A DNA stretch of 64,000 nt from contig JACOUB010000058.1 of assembly GCA_016178015.1 (NCBI GenBank), positions 17,395-81,394 of the forward strand. The letters run 5' to 3'. The position numbers and the translations under genes are program-made. Shown one piece after another: positions 22,901 to 32,723 of this stretch. This stretch comes from Methylocystis sp. (lineage in GTDB: Bacteria > Pseudomonadota > Alphaproteobacteria > Rhizobiales > Beijerinckiaceae). Under the pieces are notes generated by a model. It did not search any database and was not told where the DNA came from. It saw only the letters and a list, made by a program, of their open reading frames with translations. How positions within the stretch are numbered: the stretch's first letter is position 1; each line of letters starts with the position of its first letter.

Positions 22901-23085
22901 CCCATTTGCCGCGGCGAAACGTGTCCGGCAGGCGAGAATCTTCTATAAACCACAAAATCGCTCGACAAAACCAGGTCTGTCTTCGAACGACCGGCCTATA
23001 TGAGAAAATCATTATTAAACAGGAAGGTAAGCCGTGCGCGGGCAAAGGGGCGAAAAAACAATCGTCAAAACGATGAACGCATGGC

Positions 23086-23113
23086 TTGACATAGATAAGT
23101 GTTTTTATAGACT
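23086..23113 (+). promoter_or_regulatory. Sigma70-like promoter of tauE-cysK
   Basis: TTGACA-N16-TAGACT. Confidence 0.55.
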
Positions 23114-23145
23114 ATATGAAAGCTGGAATTTCAAAGGTTTTCCAA

Positions 23146-23940
23146 ATGATCGCGCTGCTGCATGCGATCAACCCGCTCTATTCGGTCTCGGGGTTCGTCG
23201 TGGGAGCGCTGGTGGGGTTCACCGGCGTCGGCGGCGGCTCGCTGATGACGCCGCTGCTGGTGCTCGCCTTCGGCGTCGCGCCGGCAACCGCCGTCGGCAC
23301 TGATCTTCTCTATGCCGCCATCACCAAGAGCAACGGCACGCTGGTCCACGCGCTCAACGGCACGGTCGATTGGCGCATTACCGGCCGCCTCGCCGCAGGC
23401 AGCTTGCCGGCGACCGCCGCGACGCTGCTTGTTCTGTCGCAGGTCGGCAAGTCCGGCGCCGGCGCGGCAAACGGGCTGATAACCTCGGCGCTCGGTTTCG
23501 CGTTGATCCTGACGGCGATCGTCATCTTGTTTCGCGGATGGTTTCTCAATCACATCGCCAAGCGCGTCGATCGCCTTTCCGATCGCGACACGCGCCTGCT
23601 CACCAATTTGCTCGGCGTCTTTCTCGGCGTGTTGGTGTCGATTTCCTCGGTGGGCGCCGGCGCCATCGGCCTCACCATCCTGCTCGCCCTTTACCCACGC
23701 CTGCCCACCGTGCGGCTAGTCGGCTCCGACATCGCCCACGCCGTGCCGTTGACCTTCGTCGCCGGCCTCGGCCACTGGCTGCTTGGCGCCATCGACTGGG
23801 CCATGCTGGCCTCCTTGTTGCTCGGCTCGCTGCCGGGGATCGCCATCGGCAGCCATCTCGCCGCCAGAATACCGGACAAGTTTCTACGGCCTATTCTCGC
23901 CAGCGCTCTGGCGGCAGTCGGCGTCAAGTTCTCGATTTGA
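23146..23940 (+). CDS. Sulfite exporter TauE/SafE family
   Basis: GFTGVGGGSLMTPLL, AVGTDLLYAAITK, LVGSDIAHAVPL. Confidence 0.93.
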   Translation: MIALLHAINPLYSVSGFVVGALVGFTGVGGGSLMTPLLVLAFGVAPATAVGTDLLYAAITKSNGTLVHALNGTVDWRITGRLAAGSLPATAATLLVLSQVGKSGAGAANGLITSALGFALILTAIVILFRGWFLNHIAKRVDRLSDRDTRLLTNLLGVFLGVLVSISSVGAGAIGLTILLALYPRLPTVRLVGSDIAHAVPLTFVAGLGHWLLGAIDWAMLASLLLGSLPGIAIGSHLAARIPDKFLRPILASALAAVGVKFSI

Positions 23941-23991
23941 GACAACGGGAAGTCCGCTCGCGGTAACGATAGCCATCGAGGAGTAGAACAA

Positions 23992-24978
23992 ATGTTGCAG
24001 GCCGCCGTCGCTGATTCCAATCCAACCCACCGGCCCGGACGCGGGCGCATCTATGATTCGATCACGCAGACGATCGGCGACACGCCCCTTGTCCGTCTGG
24101 ATCGGCTGGCGAGAGAGCAGGGCGTCGAGGCCAACCTCCTCGCCAAGCTGGAGTTCTTCAACCCGGTCGGCAGCGTGAAAGACCGCATCGGGGTCAGCAT
24201 GATCGACGCGCTCGAACGAAGCGCCAAGATCGCTCCCGGCAAGACGATTCTGATCGAACCGACGTCGGGCAACACCGGCATTGCGCTGGCTTTCGTGGCG
24301 GCGGCGCGCGGCTATCGGCTGATCCTGGTGATGCCCGAATCGATGTCCATCGAGCGGCGCAAGATGCTCGCGCTGCTCGGCGCCGAACTTGTGCTGACGC
24401 CGGCCGCGCAAGGCATGAAGGGGGCCGTGGCCAAGGCGAACGCGCTCGCCCTCGACAATCCCGGCTCGGTCATTCCGCAGCAGTTCGAAAATCCCGCCAA
24501 TCCGGAAATTCATCGCTTGACCACGGCGGAGGAAATCTGGAACGACGCCAATGGCGAGGTCGATTATTTCGTTTCCGGCGTCGGCACCGGCGGCACCATC
24601 ACCGGCGTCGGCCAGGCGCTCAAGCCGCGCCGGCCCTCCTTACGCATCGTCGCCGTCGAGCCGGAAGACAGCGCGGTGCTCTCCGGGCGCCCGCCCGGGC
24701 CCCACAAGATCCAGGGGATTGGCGCCGGTTTCGTGCCGCCTATTCTCGATCGAACCGTCATCGACGAGGTCATCACCATCGGCAATCAGACGGCGTTCGA
24801 CATGGCTCGCCACCTCGCCCGCATCGAGGGCATTCCGGTTGGCATTTCATCCGGGGCGGCCGTCGCCGCCGCGCTCGAAATCGCCGCCCGACCAGAAGCG
24901 GCGGGAAAAAATATCGTGGTGATTCTTCCCTCGTTCGCCGAGCGCTATCTATCGACGGCGCTGTTTGAGGGGCTGTGA
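23992..24978 (+). CDS. cysK: Cysteine synthase A
   Basis: [16 protein letters not shown] (PLP lysine), [20 protein letters not shown]. Confidence 0.97.
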   Translation: MLQAAVADSNPTHRPGRGRIYDSITQTIGDTPLVRLDRLAREQGVEANLLAKLEFFNPVGSVKDRIGVSMIDALERSAKIAPGKTILIEPTSGNTGIALAFVAAARGYRLILVMPESMSIERRKMLALLGAELVLTPAAQGMKGAVAKANALALDNPGSVIPQQFENPANPEIHRLTTAEEIWNDANGEVDYFVSGVGTGGTITGVGQALKPRRPSLRIVAVEPEDSAVLSGRPPGPHKIQGIGAGFVPPILDRTVIDEVITIGNQTAFDMARHLARIEGIPVGISSGAAVAAALEIAARPEAAGKNIVVILPSFAERYLSTALFEGL

Positions 24979-25018
24979 GGGGGGAGGCCGATCACCGGCG
25001 GCGACCGCGGGCTAATTT

Positions 25019-25073
25019 GGACCGCGAGCCTTCAGGCTCGCTTGGTTCTTGCGAGCCTGAAGGCTCGCGGTCC
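25019..25073. repeat. GGACCGCGAGCCTTCAGGCTCGC inverted REP pair (family 4)
   Basis: Arms identical to 13145-13200; downstream of cysK. Confidence 0.92.
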
Positions 25074-25131
25074 GCAAACGCCACCCGAAATCTTCACCTC
25101 ACCCCGAACCGTTCGACCCTCCCGTCCGCCC

Positions 25132-25464
25132 TTACTCGGGAGTAGGCGGCGATTTTCTTTTGGCCAGCCCGCTGCGAATATAGCGTCCCGCGAGATAACC
25201 GACGGCCGCGATCGCCAAATAGACGAAAATCATGAACGCCGCCCTGTCGGTGGCGCTCGACGCCTTGCCGGAAAGTCCCGCCACGTCGGTGAGCCGATCG
25301 GCGCCGAAGCCGAAGGCCACGGCGAGCACGGGGACGCACCAAGACGGAACGCGAAAATAGCCGGCGACAAGCGCTATGAGCGCCGCCACGAAGCCCACGC
25401 CGTGGAAAAGCTGCAAGAAGACCGCCTCGACGGTCAGACCGAACAGCTTGGCCAGCAGCGACAT
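25132..25464 (-). CDS. Small hypothetical membrane protein
   Basis: 110 aa, three hydrophobic segments, directly downstream of pyrB. Confidence 0.7.
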   Translation of the reverse strand: MSLLAKLFGLTVEAVFLQLFHGVGFVAALIALVAGYFRVPSWCVPVLAVAFGFGADRLTDVAGLSGKASSATDRAAFMIFVYLAIAAVGYLAGRYIRSGLAKRKSPPTPE

Positions 25465-25505
25465 GCGCGCGCCTCGTTAGATTGTCGGAAGATTATCGCC
25501 AACGC

Positions 25506-26456
25506 TTATGCGTTCGGCAAGTGATGGGCGAGCGCCTCCAACACCGCCATGCGCACGGCGACGCCCATTTCGACCTGCTCGCGAATGAGCGAGCGGACGC
25601 CGTCGGCGACGCTGGAGTCGATCTCGACGCCGCGGTTCATCGGCCCCGGATGCATGACCAACGCATCGGGCGCGGCAAAGCCGAGCTTCTCCTCGTCGAG
25701 GCCGAAGAAATGGAAATATTCGCGCGCGCTCGGCACGAAAGCGCCGTCCATCCGCTCGCGCTGCAAGCGCAGCATCATGACGATGTCGGCGCCCTCGAGC
25801 CCCTGGCGCATGTCGTGAAAGACGTCGACGCCGAGCCGCCGCAGGCCGTCCGGCGCCAAGGTCGAGGGACCGATGACGCGCACGCGCGCCCCCAGCGCGC
25901 CGAGCAGCAAAATATTGGAGCGCGCGACGCGTGAATGCAGGATGTCGCCGCAGATGGCGACGATCAGCCCCTCGATGCGCCCTTTGTTGCGGCGGATGGT
26001 CAGCGCGTCGAGCAGAGCTTGGGTGGGATGTTCGTGCGCCCCGTCGCCGGCGTTGACCACCGAGCAATCGACCTTGCGCGCCAAGAGATTGACCGCGCCG
26101 GCCTGGGCGTGGCGAACGACAATGATGTCGGGCCGCATGGCGTTGAGCGTCACCGCCGTGTCGAGCAGCGTCTCGCCCTTCTTCTCCGAAGAATTGGCGA
26201 CCGACATGTTCATCACGTCGGCGCCGAGCCGCTTGCCGGCGATCTCGAACGACATCTGGGTTCTGGTCGACGCCTCGTAAAAGAGGTTCACCTGCGTGCG
26301 CCCGCGCAAGGTCGAGCGCTTCTTCTCGATCTGCCGCGAAATCTCGATGGCGTCCTCGGCCATGTCGAGCAGGGTGAGGATGTCGGGCCGCGACAATCCC
26401 TCGATGCCGAGCAGATGGCGATGCGGAAAAACGGGGCGCGTCATTTGGTGCGGCAA
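25506..26456 (-). CDS. pyrB: Aspartate carbamoyltransferase catalytic subunit
   Basis: [36 protein letters not shown]. Confidence 0.97.
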   Translation of the reverse strand: MPHQMTRPVFPHRHLLGIEGLSRPDILTLLDMAEDAIEISRQIEKKRSTLRGRTQVNLFYEASTRTQMSFEIAGKRLGADVMNMSVANSSEKKGETLLDTAVTLNAMRPDIIVVRHAQAGAVNLLARKVDCSVVNAGDGAHEHPTQALLDALTIRRNKGRIEGLIVAICGDILHSRVARSNILLLGALGARVRVIGPSTLAPDGLRRLGVDVFHDMRQGLEGADIVMMLRLQRERMDGAFVPSAREYFHFFGLDEEKLGFAAPDALVMHPGPMNRGVEIDSSVADGVRSLIREQVEMGVAVRMAVLEALAHHLPNA

Positions 26457-26532
26457 GATTAAGATTCCAGCTGAAAACCGTGTGGGCCGTCTATAGCAGG
26501 TTCAAGCGCATTCGACATGGCGAACCCGCTGG

Positions 26533-26561
26533 TTGACATATACTCGGGTCGAGCATATATC
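26533..26561 (+). promoter_or_regulatory. nadA promoter with a degenerate NadQ-type operator (26538-26558) in the spacer
   Basis: TTGACA-N17-TATATC overlapping ATATACTCG-GGT-CGAGCATAT. Confidence 0.6.
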
Positions 26562-26643
26562 TCGCTGCGAACAAATGTTGTCGAAAGCTGCGTCGTAAGA
26601 ACTCCGGCCGGGTCGCACTTGCCGGAGATTTTGAATGACTTTG

Positions 26644-26664
26644 TTATGCTCATATTGAGCATAA
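26644..26664. promoter_or_regulatory. NadQ-type operator (perfect palindrome)
   Basis: TTATGCTCA-TAT-TGAGCATAA immediately before the nadA RBS; matches my recollection of the NadQ consensus ttATRCTCAnnnTGAGYATaa. Confidence 0.8.
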
Positions 26665-26676
26665 TGGGGAGCGGTC

Positions 26677-27771
26677 GTGATGAGAGTTTCGTCGGAAGTC
26701 TGCAAGGACGAACGATCGTTCCCGGCAGAATTGCTGGGCGGCGTCGCCGCCGCCACGCGCTTTCCGATCCTGCCAATGCCGAGCCTCGCCTTTACGCCGG
26801 AGGTCGAAGCGGCGACGGCGCATCTTTACGAGCGCGTCGCCAAGGTCATGCCGGCGATCGAATGGCCGTTCCATGCGCCCTATGTCAAGGCGATCAACGA
26901 CGCCAAGCGCGAGCGCAACGCCGTCATTCTCGCCCACAACTACCAGACTCCGGAGATTTACCATTGCGTCGCCGATTGCGTCGGCGACAGCCTGCAGCTG
27001 GCCAAGCTCGCGGCCGCCTCCGACGCGGACATCATCGTGCAGGGCGGCGTGCATTTCATGGCGGAGACCTCGAAGCTGCTCAACCCCGAAAAGATCGTGC
27101 TCACGCCGGATGTGGAGGCCGGCTGTTCGCTGGCCGAGTCCATTGCCGGCGCCGACGTGCGGGCGCTGCGCGCCGAATATCCGGGCGTTCCGATCATAGC
27201 TTATGTCAACACTTCCGCGGAGGTGAAAGCCGAGGCGGACATTTGCTGCACCTCCTCGAACGCCCTGCGCGTCGTCGAGAGTTTTGGGGCCGGCAAGGTC
27301 ATCATGTTGCCCGACCGCTACCTCGCCGCCAACGTCGCCGCGCAGACCAAGGTGACGATCATCGCCTGGCGCGGCGCCTGCGAGGTGCATGAGCGTTTCA
27401 CCGCCCAGGAAATCCTCGACTATCGCGCCGACCATCCCGGCCTGAAGGTGATCGCGCATCCGGAATGCCCGCGCGAAGTGGTCGATGTTTCGGACTTCTC
27501 GGGTTCGACCGCCGCGATGATCGACTATGTGCGCACGAAGAAGCCGGCGCGCGTGCTGCTCGTCACCGAATGCTCGATGGCGGACAATGTGGCGGCCGAA
27601 ACGACGGGCACGCAATTCGTGCGGCCGTGCAATTTCTGTCCGCACATGAAGCGCATCACCCTGCCGAAGATCCTCGACAGCCTCATCCATGTTCGTGAAG
27701 AAGTGACGGTCGATCCCATTCTTGCTGCGCGAGCCCGCGCGAGCGTGCAGAGAATGATCGATCTGGGATAG
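26677..27771 (+). CDS. nadA: Quinolinate synthase
   Basis: [33 protein letters not shown]. Confidence 0.97.
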   Translation: MMRVSSEVCKDERSFPAELLGGVAAATRFPILPMPSLAFTPEVEAATAHLYERVAKVMPAIEWPFHAPYVKAINDAKRERNAVILAHNYQTPEIYHCVADCVGDSLQLAKLAAASDADIIVQGGVHFMAETSKLLNPEKIVLTPDVEAGCSLAESIAGADVRALRAEYPGVPIIAYVNTSAEVKAEADICCTSSNALRVVESFGAGKVIMLPDRYLAANVAAQTKVTIIAWRGACEVHERFTAQEILDYRADHPGLKVIAHPECPREVVDVSDFSGSTAAMIDYVRTKKPARVLLVTECSMADNVAAETTGTQFVRPCNFCPHMKRITLPKILDSLIHVREEVTVDPILAARARASVQRMIDLG

Positions 27772-27915
27772 GTTGACGGCGGAACGAATGGAATGAATCG
27801 TTACGTCGATTGATGACGCTTATACCCTCACCCAGTGGGCTATGCGGAGACGGAGCCAGTGATGCTCTCTGAAGCGGTTTATCCGCATGTTTCCCAACCA
27901 AGACGCGGCGCGCAT

Positions 27916-28103
27916 CCCTTCTCCCGTGCAACGGGAGAAGGCAGCCCTCGCGTCAGCGAGGGTCGGATGAGGGCGCTGGCGATTTGCCTCGCCATGGGCG
28001 GTGCGCCCGGTTCGGGCCGCTTGTTCTGATTTCGGAGAGCGCCGCTGGCCCTCATCCGACCCGGCTTCGCCGGGCCACCTTCTCCCGCGGCGCGGGAGAA
28101 GGG
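27916..28103. repeat. CCCTTCTCCC-type palindromic element (family 2)
   Basis: CCCTTCTCCCGTGCAACGGGAGAAGG...GGATGAGGGC / GCCCTCATCCGACC...CCTTCTCCCGCGGCGCGGGAGAAGGG. Confidence 0.88.
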
Positions 28104-28123
28104 TGAACACGGAAAGGCTCAGT

Positions 28124-28768
28124 ATGTCGGCGCCGACAGGAAATCTCGAAGCCGTGTTCGCGGCCCTCGACGCCGCCAACGCCGACGATCCTCGCAAGGT
28201 CGTCGTCGATGGCGCAGCGCGCTCCTTTGAAACGCTTTACGCGGAGCGCATGACGGCGCGTCTTGCCGCCCTCTATCCAGACGCGTCAAACCTCCTGAAG
28301 ATCGCCGCGCGCGCCCAACACCTCCGGCGCTGGGAGATTGCACGCGATCGCTTTCCGCCGGGGCGTCACGGCTACAATGATTGGCGCAAAGAATGCCGCG
28401 CCCATCACGCGCTGCTCGCCGGCGCGATCATGCGCGAACATGGCTTCGATGACGACGCAATTCGACATGTCGCGATGATCATACGCAAGGAACGGATGAA
28501 GAAAGACCGCGAAGCCCAAGCGCTCGAGAATGTCGCCGCGATCGTCTTCATCGAGCATTATTTCGATGACTTCCACGCCAAATACCCTGACTACGACGAC
28601 GACAAGATGATCGACATTCTCGGCAAGACCTTGTGCAAGATGTCGCCCAAGGGACACGCCGGCGCCCTCGCCTTGCCCTTGCCCGCAACGACGCGCCGAC
28701 TCGTCGCCGCGGCTATCGAGCGCCAATCGAAGGCGCTGGAGAGGCTCGCGGCAGTCGCGGTCGACTGA
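28124..28768 (+). CDS. DUF4202-family protein
   Basis: [38 protein letters not shown]. Confidence 0.85.
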   Translation: MSAPTGNLEAVFAALDAANADDPRKVVVDGAARSFETLYAERMTARLAALYPDASNLLKIAARAQHLRRWEIARDRFPPGRHGYNDWRKECRAHHALLAGAIMREHGFDDDAIRHVAMIIRKERMKKDREAQALENVAAIVFIEHYFDDFHAKYPDYDDDKMIDILGKTLCKMSPKGHAGALALPLPATTRRLVAAAIERQSKALERLAAVAVD

Positions 28769-28793
28769 GGGCGCCCGAAAGCGACAGGACGCC

Positions 28794-30359
28794 ATGGCCA
28801 CGCCTCGCATTCTCATTATCGGCGGCGGACTCGCCGGAGCGTTCTGCGCGCTGAAGCTCGCGCCGCTGCGCGTCGCCATCCTCGCGCCGACGCCGATCGG
28901 CGCCAGCGGCTCCTCGTTCTGGGCGCAGGGCGGCATAGCGGCGGCGGTGGAGGAAGGCGATACGCCAGAAATGCACGCCGCCGACACGGTTGCGGCCGGC
29001 GCCGGGATCGTCGATCAATCTGTCGCACTCGGCATGGCGCACGAAGCGCGCGCGCGCGTAAATGACCTCGCCGCGTTCGGGGTTCCTTTCGACCGCGCCG
29101 CGCTCGGGCAATTAGCGCTTTCGCGCGAGGCGGCGCATTCGCGCCGCCGCGTCGTCCGCGTCAAGGGCGACACTGCCGGCCGCGCGATCATGGAGACGCT
29201 GGCGAGGCAGATGGCGAAGACGCCGTCAATCGACGTCATCGAAGGTTTCGCCGCCGAGGAGATCATCACCCACGACGGCCGCGTCATCGGCGTGCGCGCC
29301 CGCTCGGCGGCGGGCGCATGGCGCGACATTCCTTGCGCCGCCCTGGTTCTGGCCACCGGCGGCGTCGGCCGCCTCTACCGCGTCACCACCAACCCGAAGG
29401 AAGCGCGCGGCGCCGGCCTCGCCATGGCGGCGCACGCCGGAGCAGTCATCGCCGACGCGGAGTTCGTGCAATTTCATCCCACCGCCATCGACATCGGCGC
29501 CGATCCCGCTCCGCTCGCCACCGAATCCTTACGCGGGGAAGGCGCGATCCTCGTCGACCGCCATGGGCGCCGCTTCATGCCAGACATCGATCCGGCGGCC
29601 GAGCTCGCGCCGCGCGACGTGGTCGCGCGCGCCGTGTTCGCGCAAATCGCCGCCGGCAGGGGCGCCTTTCTCGACGCGCGCCAAGCGGTCGGGGCGGAAT
29701 TTCCGACGCGCTTTCCGACCGTCTACGCCAGTTGCATGGCGGCCGGCATCGATCCCGTCACGACCCCCATCCCGATCGCGCCGGCCGCCCATTACCACAT
29801 GGGCGGCGTGTGGACCGACGCCAACGGCAGGACCTCGCTCGTAGGATTATGGGCGGCGGGCGAGGTCGCCTCGACCGGCGTGCACGGCGCCAATCGGCTG
29901 GCCTCCAATTCTCTCCTGGAGGCGATCGTGTTCGGCGCGCGCATCGCCAACGATATCCGGAGAACAGAGGATGGAGGACAGAGGACAGACGACGGAAAGC
30001 TCTGTCCTCCGTCGTCTGTCCTCTGTCGTCCGTCGCCTGACGCCGCCTCGACAGAAGACGCGGCGATGCTCGAAGAATTGCGCGACGCCATGTCGTCGAA
30101 GGTCGGCGTCATTCGCGACGGCGCCGGATTGACGAGCGCGTTGCGCACGATCGCCAGAATCGAAGCGGAGGCGAAAGACATCGAGCTTCGCAACATGGCG
30201 ACCGCCGCGCTGCTCATCGCGACCGCGGCGCTGGCTCGGCGCGAGAGCCGTGGCGCGCACTTCCGCTCCGACTATCCCGCCGCCCTTCCGGAGTTCGCGC
30301 ATCGCTCGCACATGACGCTCGAAGACGCCCGCGCCATCGCGAGAGAGGCGGGGTCATAG
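28794..30359 (+). CDS. nadB: L-aspartate oxidase
   Basis: [52 protein letters not shown]. Confidence 0.97.
   Translation: MATPRILIIGGGLAGAFCALKLAPLRVAILAPTPIGASGSSFWAQGGIAAAVEEGDTPEMHAADTVAAGAGIVDQSVALGMAHEARARVNDLAAFGVPFDRAALGQLALSREAAHSRRRVVRVKGDTAGRAIMETLARQMAKTPSIDVIEGFAAEEIITHDGRVIGVRARSAAGAWRDIPCAALVLATGGVGRLYRVTTNPKEARGAGLAMAAHAGAVIADAEFVQFHPTAIDIGADPAPLATESLRGEGAILVDRHGRRFMPDIDPAAELAPRDVVARAVFAQIAAGRGAFLDARQAVGAEFPTRFPTVYASCMAAGIDPVTTPIPIAPAAHYHMGGVWTDANGRTSLVGLWAAGEVASTGVHGANRLASNSLLEAIVFGARIANDIRRTEDGGQRTDDGKLCPPSSVLCRPSPDAASTEDAAMLEELRDAMSSKVGVIRDGAGLTSALRTIARIEAEAKDIELRNMATAALLIATAALARRESRGAHFRSDYPAALPEFAHRSHMTLEDARAIAREAGS
29960..30039. repeat. Heptamer palindrome (family 5) in frame inside nadB
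   Basis: GAGAACA GAGGATG GAGGACA GAGGACA GACGACG ... TCTGTCC TCCGTCG TCTGTCC TCTGTCG TCCGTCG; encodes [26 protein letters not shown]. Confidence 0.9.
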
Positions 30360-30382
30360 AGTGGCTACTTCGGTTCGCGCGT

Positions 30383-30500
30383 CCCTCTCCCGCTTGCGGG
30401 AGAGGGTGGCCCGGCGAAGCCGGGTCGGGTGAGGGCCAGCCGGCGAGCCCTCATCCGTCGCGCATTCGCGCGACACCTTCTCCCGCAAGCGGGAGAAGGG
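30383..30500. repeat. CCCTCTCCC-type palindromic element (family 2)
   Basis: CCCTCTCCCGCTTGCGGGAGAGGG...CCTTCTCCCGCAAGCGGGAGAAGGG. Confidence 0.9.
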
Positions 30501-30540
30501 TTCTCGCGTCCATCCGAATAGGCGATTCCGGAATCCGCGG

Positions 30541-31260
30541 CTACATGAACACCTTTCGCCGCTTGAACGCTCTCACATCCTCTGCGCTCAATTCAAACCA
30601 TTCGCCATTCTTCCGCTTCGTCTCGAATCGCTTGTGCCAATAGGCTTCAATCCCAACAGGATCGTCCGTCTTGATGACGTGAACGGTGTCGGATTTGTCA
30701 GGCAGTTGGATCGAAAGCTCGCGCTCCCGCCGCCCAAAGGCGTTGCTGCGGCCGAGCTTATAGAAGCGCCCAGATTTCAATAGATACACGTCGCCGATTT
30801 CGTATTCGTCTTTCGGCTCTGGTTCTGATTTCAAAGCCTCCTTGGTTGGGGTCGCCTCGCATATCTTCACTATATCCTCAAAGCCATCGCGGGCGCGGCA
30901 GTATTCGAGAACGCGAGCGATCCTTTGATTGCGGCTTCCCAGCTTGCCGAAGGTTTGCGGGCTCGGAAAATTTGGCGTGCTATGAGACTTCACCCGATGT
31001 TGCGGGTCAGTTGGAAAACATCCCACTTCACGAATAAATTCAACTAGGGTTTCAATAAGGGACATCTCGTCCATAGGCTGGGTAAATTGGTTTGGCGAAA
31101 AACCTGCTTCCCGAAGAGCGTCGCTCCATCTCGGCCAATATTTTTGCCAGTGGTACTGTTTTATTTTGGTTTCAGTGGCAAAACGAGCCGCTCCTGGAGG
31201 AGCGCCGCCATTTGATTTAGCCGACGCTTTGATGTGATCCAAAATCAATTGCTTGTTCAT
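30541..31260 (-). CDS. GIY-YIG-superfamily (T5orf172/MUG113-like) nuclease with an N-terminal helical domain; alternative start at 31311
   Basis: C-terminal GDVYLLKSGRFYKLGRS..FGRRERELSIQLP, IEAYWHKRF...KNGEWFEL; visibly lower GC than its flanks. Confidence 0.85.
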   Translation of the reverse strand: MNKQLILDHIKASAKSNGGAPPGAARFATETKIKQYHWQKYWPRWSDALREAGFSPNQFTQPMDEMSLIETLVEFIREVGCFPTDPQHRVKSHSTPNFPSPQTFGKLGSRNQRIARVLEYCRARDGFEDIVKICEATPTKEALKSEPEPKDEYEIGDVYLLKSGRFYKLGRSNAFGRRERELSIQLPDKSDTVHVIKTDDPVGIEAYWHKRFETKRKNGEWFELSAEDVRAFKRRKVFM

Positions 31261-31297
31261 TCGCCGTCTCTTTTTTACATCACGATGCGGCGGACTT

Positions 31298-31603
31298 TCA
31301 TCGGATTGCATATTGCACTTCGGCGGTCCGCACGACCTCGTCGCGGAAATGGCGGCTCAAATCCTCGGGCGTGCGCAAGTCCACCGGCTTGCCTCCGAGG
31401 AGGGCCGACAATTCGGCCTCGATGCCCGCTAGCCGCAAAAGGCCGGGTTCATGGCCGGGCTCGAACTTCACCAGCAAGTCAACGTCGCTATCGGGCCTCG
31501 TCGCGCCCTTCAGGGTCGAGCCGAACAAAGCCAGCCGCTCGATGTGATAGCGGGCGCAAACGGAGGCCAGGGCCGCGGCGTCTGGAAACAGACGATCAGG
31601 CAT
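31298..31603 (-). CDS. Minimal nucleotidyltransferase (MntA-like); no HEPN partner
   Basis: [20 protein letters not shown] (GS..D.D), [21 protein letters not shown]. Confidence 0.93.
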   Translation of the reverse strand: MPDRLFPDAAALASVCARYHIERLALFGSTLKGATRPDSDVDLLVKFEPGHEPGLLRLAGIEAELSALLGGKPVDLRTPEDLSRHFRDEVVRTAEVQYAIR

Positions 31604-31735
31604 GTTCCCCTCCTCCTCGCGGCGGCAGGCCGCCCCTGGCGACCGCGCGCGCGCTTTCACGACTCTGGTCAGCTTCGCGCCGAACCATTATACCGCATCT
31701 TAGTCCCGCCCCGCTCTTGTTATACCATCGGTCAC

Positions 31736-31820
31736 CGTCATTGCGAGCCAAAGGCGAAGCAATCCAGGGGTTGTGGGGCGGCCCCTGGATTGCTTCGTCG
31801 CTTCGCTCCTCGCAATGACG
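31736..31820. repeat. CGTCATTGCGAG...CTCGCAATGACG REP inverted pair
   Basis: CGTCATTGCGAGCCAAAGGCGAAGCAATCCAGGGG / CCCCTGGATTGCTTCGTCGCTTCGCTCCTCGCAATGACG. Confidence 0.92.
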
Positions 31821-31842
31821 GCCCCCGCAATCGGGCTTCATA

Positions 31843-32697
31843 ATGACCCGTCCCACCCTTTCGCCGCTGCTCGTCGAGCGCGCCGTCCGCGCGGCGCTCG
31901 AGGAAGATATCGGCCGCGCCGGCGACATCACGACGCAAGCCATCGTTCCAGAAACCGCGTTCGCCAAGGCGGTCGTCGCCGCGCGCGAGGCGGGCGTCGT
32001 TGCAGGCCTGCCGCTGGCGCGGGCGGCGTTCAGCATCATTGATCCCGCGGTCCACTTCGAGGCGCTCGTCCACGACGGCGCGCGCGTCACGACAGGCCAA
32101 GTCGTCGCGCGCATCGAAGGTCCGGCGCGGGCGATCCTGTCGGCCGAGCGCGTGGCGCTGAATTTTCTCGGGCGGCTCAGCGGCGCGGCCTCTCTTACCG
32201 CGCGTTACGCCGAGAAAATCGCCCACACGAAGGCCAAGGTCTGCGATACGCGCAAGACGACGCCGCTGTTGCGCGCTTTCGAGAAATACGCGGTGCGGTG
32301 CGGCGGCGGCGCCAACCATCGCTTCGGATTGGACGACGCCATCCTCGTCAAGGACAATCACATCGCCGTGGCGGGCGGGGTGACGGCGGCGCTGCGCGCC
32401 GCCAAGGCTTTTGCCGGCCATCTGGTGAAAATCGAGATCGAGGTCGACACATTGACGCAATTGCGCGAGGTCTTGGAAGAAGGCGCCGACGCCGTGCTGC
32501 TCGACAATATGACGGTGGCGCAATTACGCGAGGCGGTGGCGCTGATCGACGGAAAGCTCGTTAGCGAAGCCTCCGGCGGCGTGACGATGGAGACGATCGC
32601 GGATATCGCCGCAACCGGCGTCGATATGATCTCGGTCGGCGCGCTCACCCATTCGGCCCCGGCGCTCGATCTTGGGCTGGATGTGGAGATCGGCTGA
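31843..32697 (+). CDS. nadC: Nicotinate-nucleotide pyrophosphorylase (carboxylating)
   Basis: [40 protein letters not shown]. Confidence 0.97.
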   Translation: MTRPTLSPLLVERAVRAALEEDIGRAGDITTQAIVPETAFAKAVVAAREAGVVAGLPLARAAFSIIDPAVHFEALVHDGARVTTGQVVARIEGPARAILSAERVALNFLGRLSGAASLTARYAEKIAHTKAKVCDTRKTTPLLRAFEKYAVRCGGGANHRFGLDDAILVKDNHIAVAGGVTAALRAAKAFAGHLVKIEIEVDTLTQLREVLEEGADAVLLDNMTVAQLREAVALIDGKLVSEASGGVTMETIADIAATGVDMISVGALTHSAPALDLGLDVEIG

Positions 32698-32723
32698 GCG
32701 CGACCTTGTGTCCGTCCTACCCC

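Noticed and set aside
22797-23045. 83-aa N-terminal extension on the Rrf2 ORF
   Set aside because: It is translated repeat and intergenic DNA; Rrf2 homology starts at MLTRKAKY (22796)
28001-28123. Repeat-encoded N-terminal extension of DUF4202
   Set aside because: An AAGG RBS precedes ATG 28124 and family similarity starts there; the extension is the palindromic element read through
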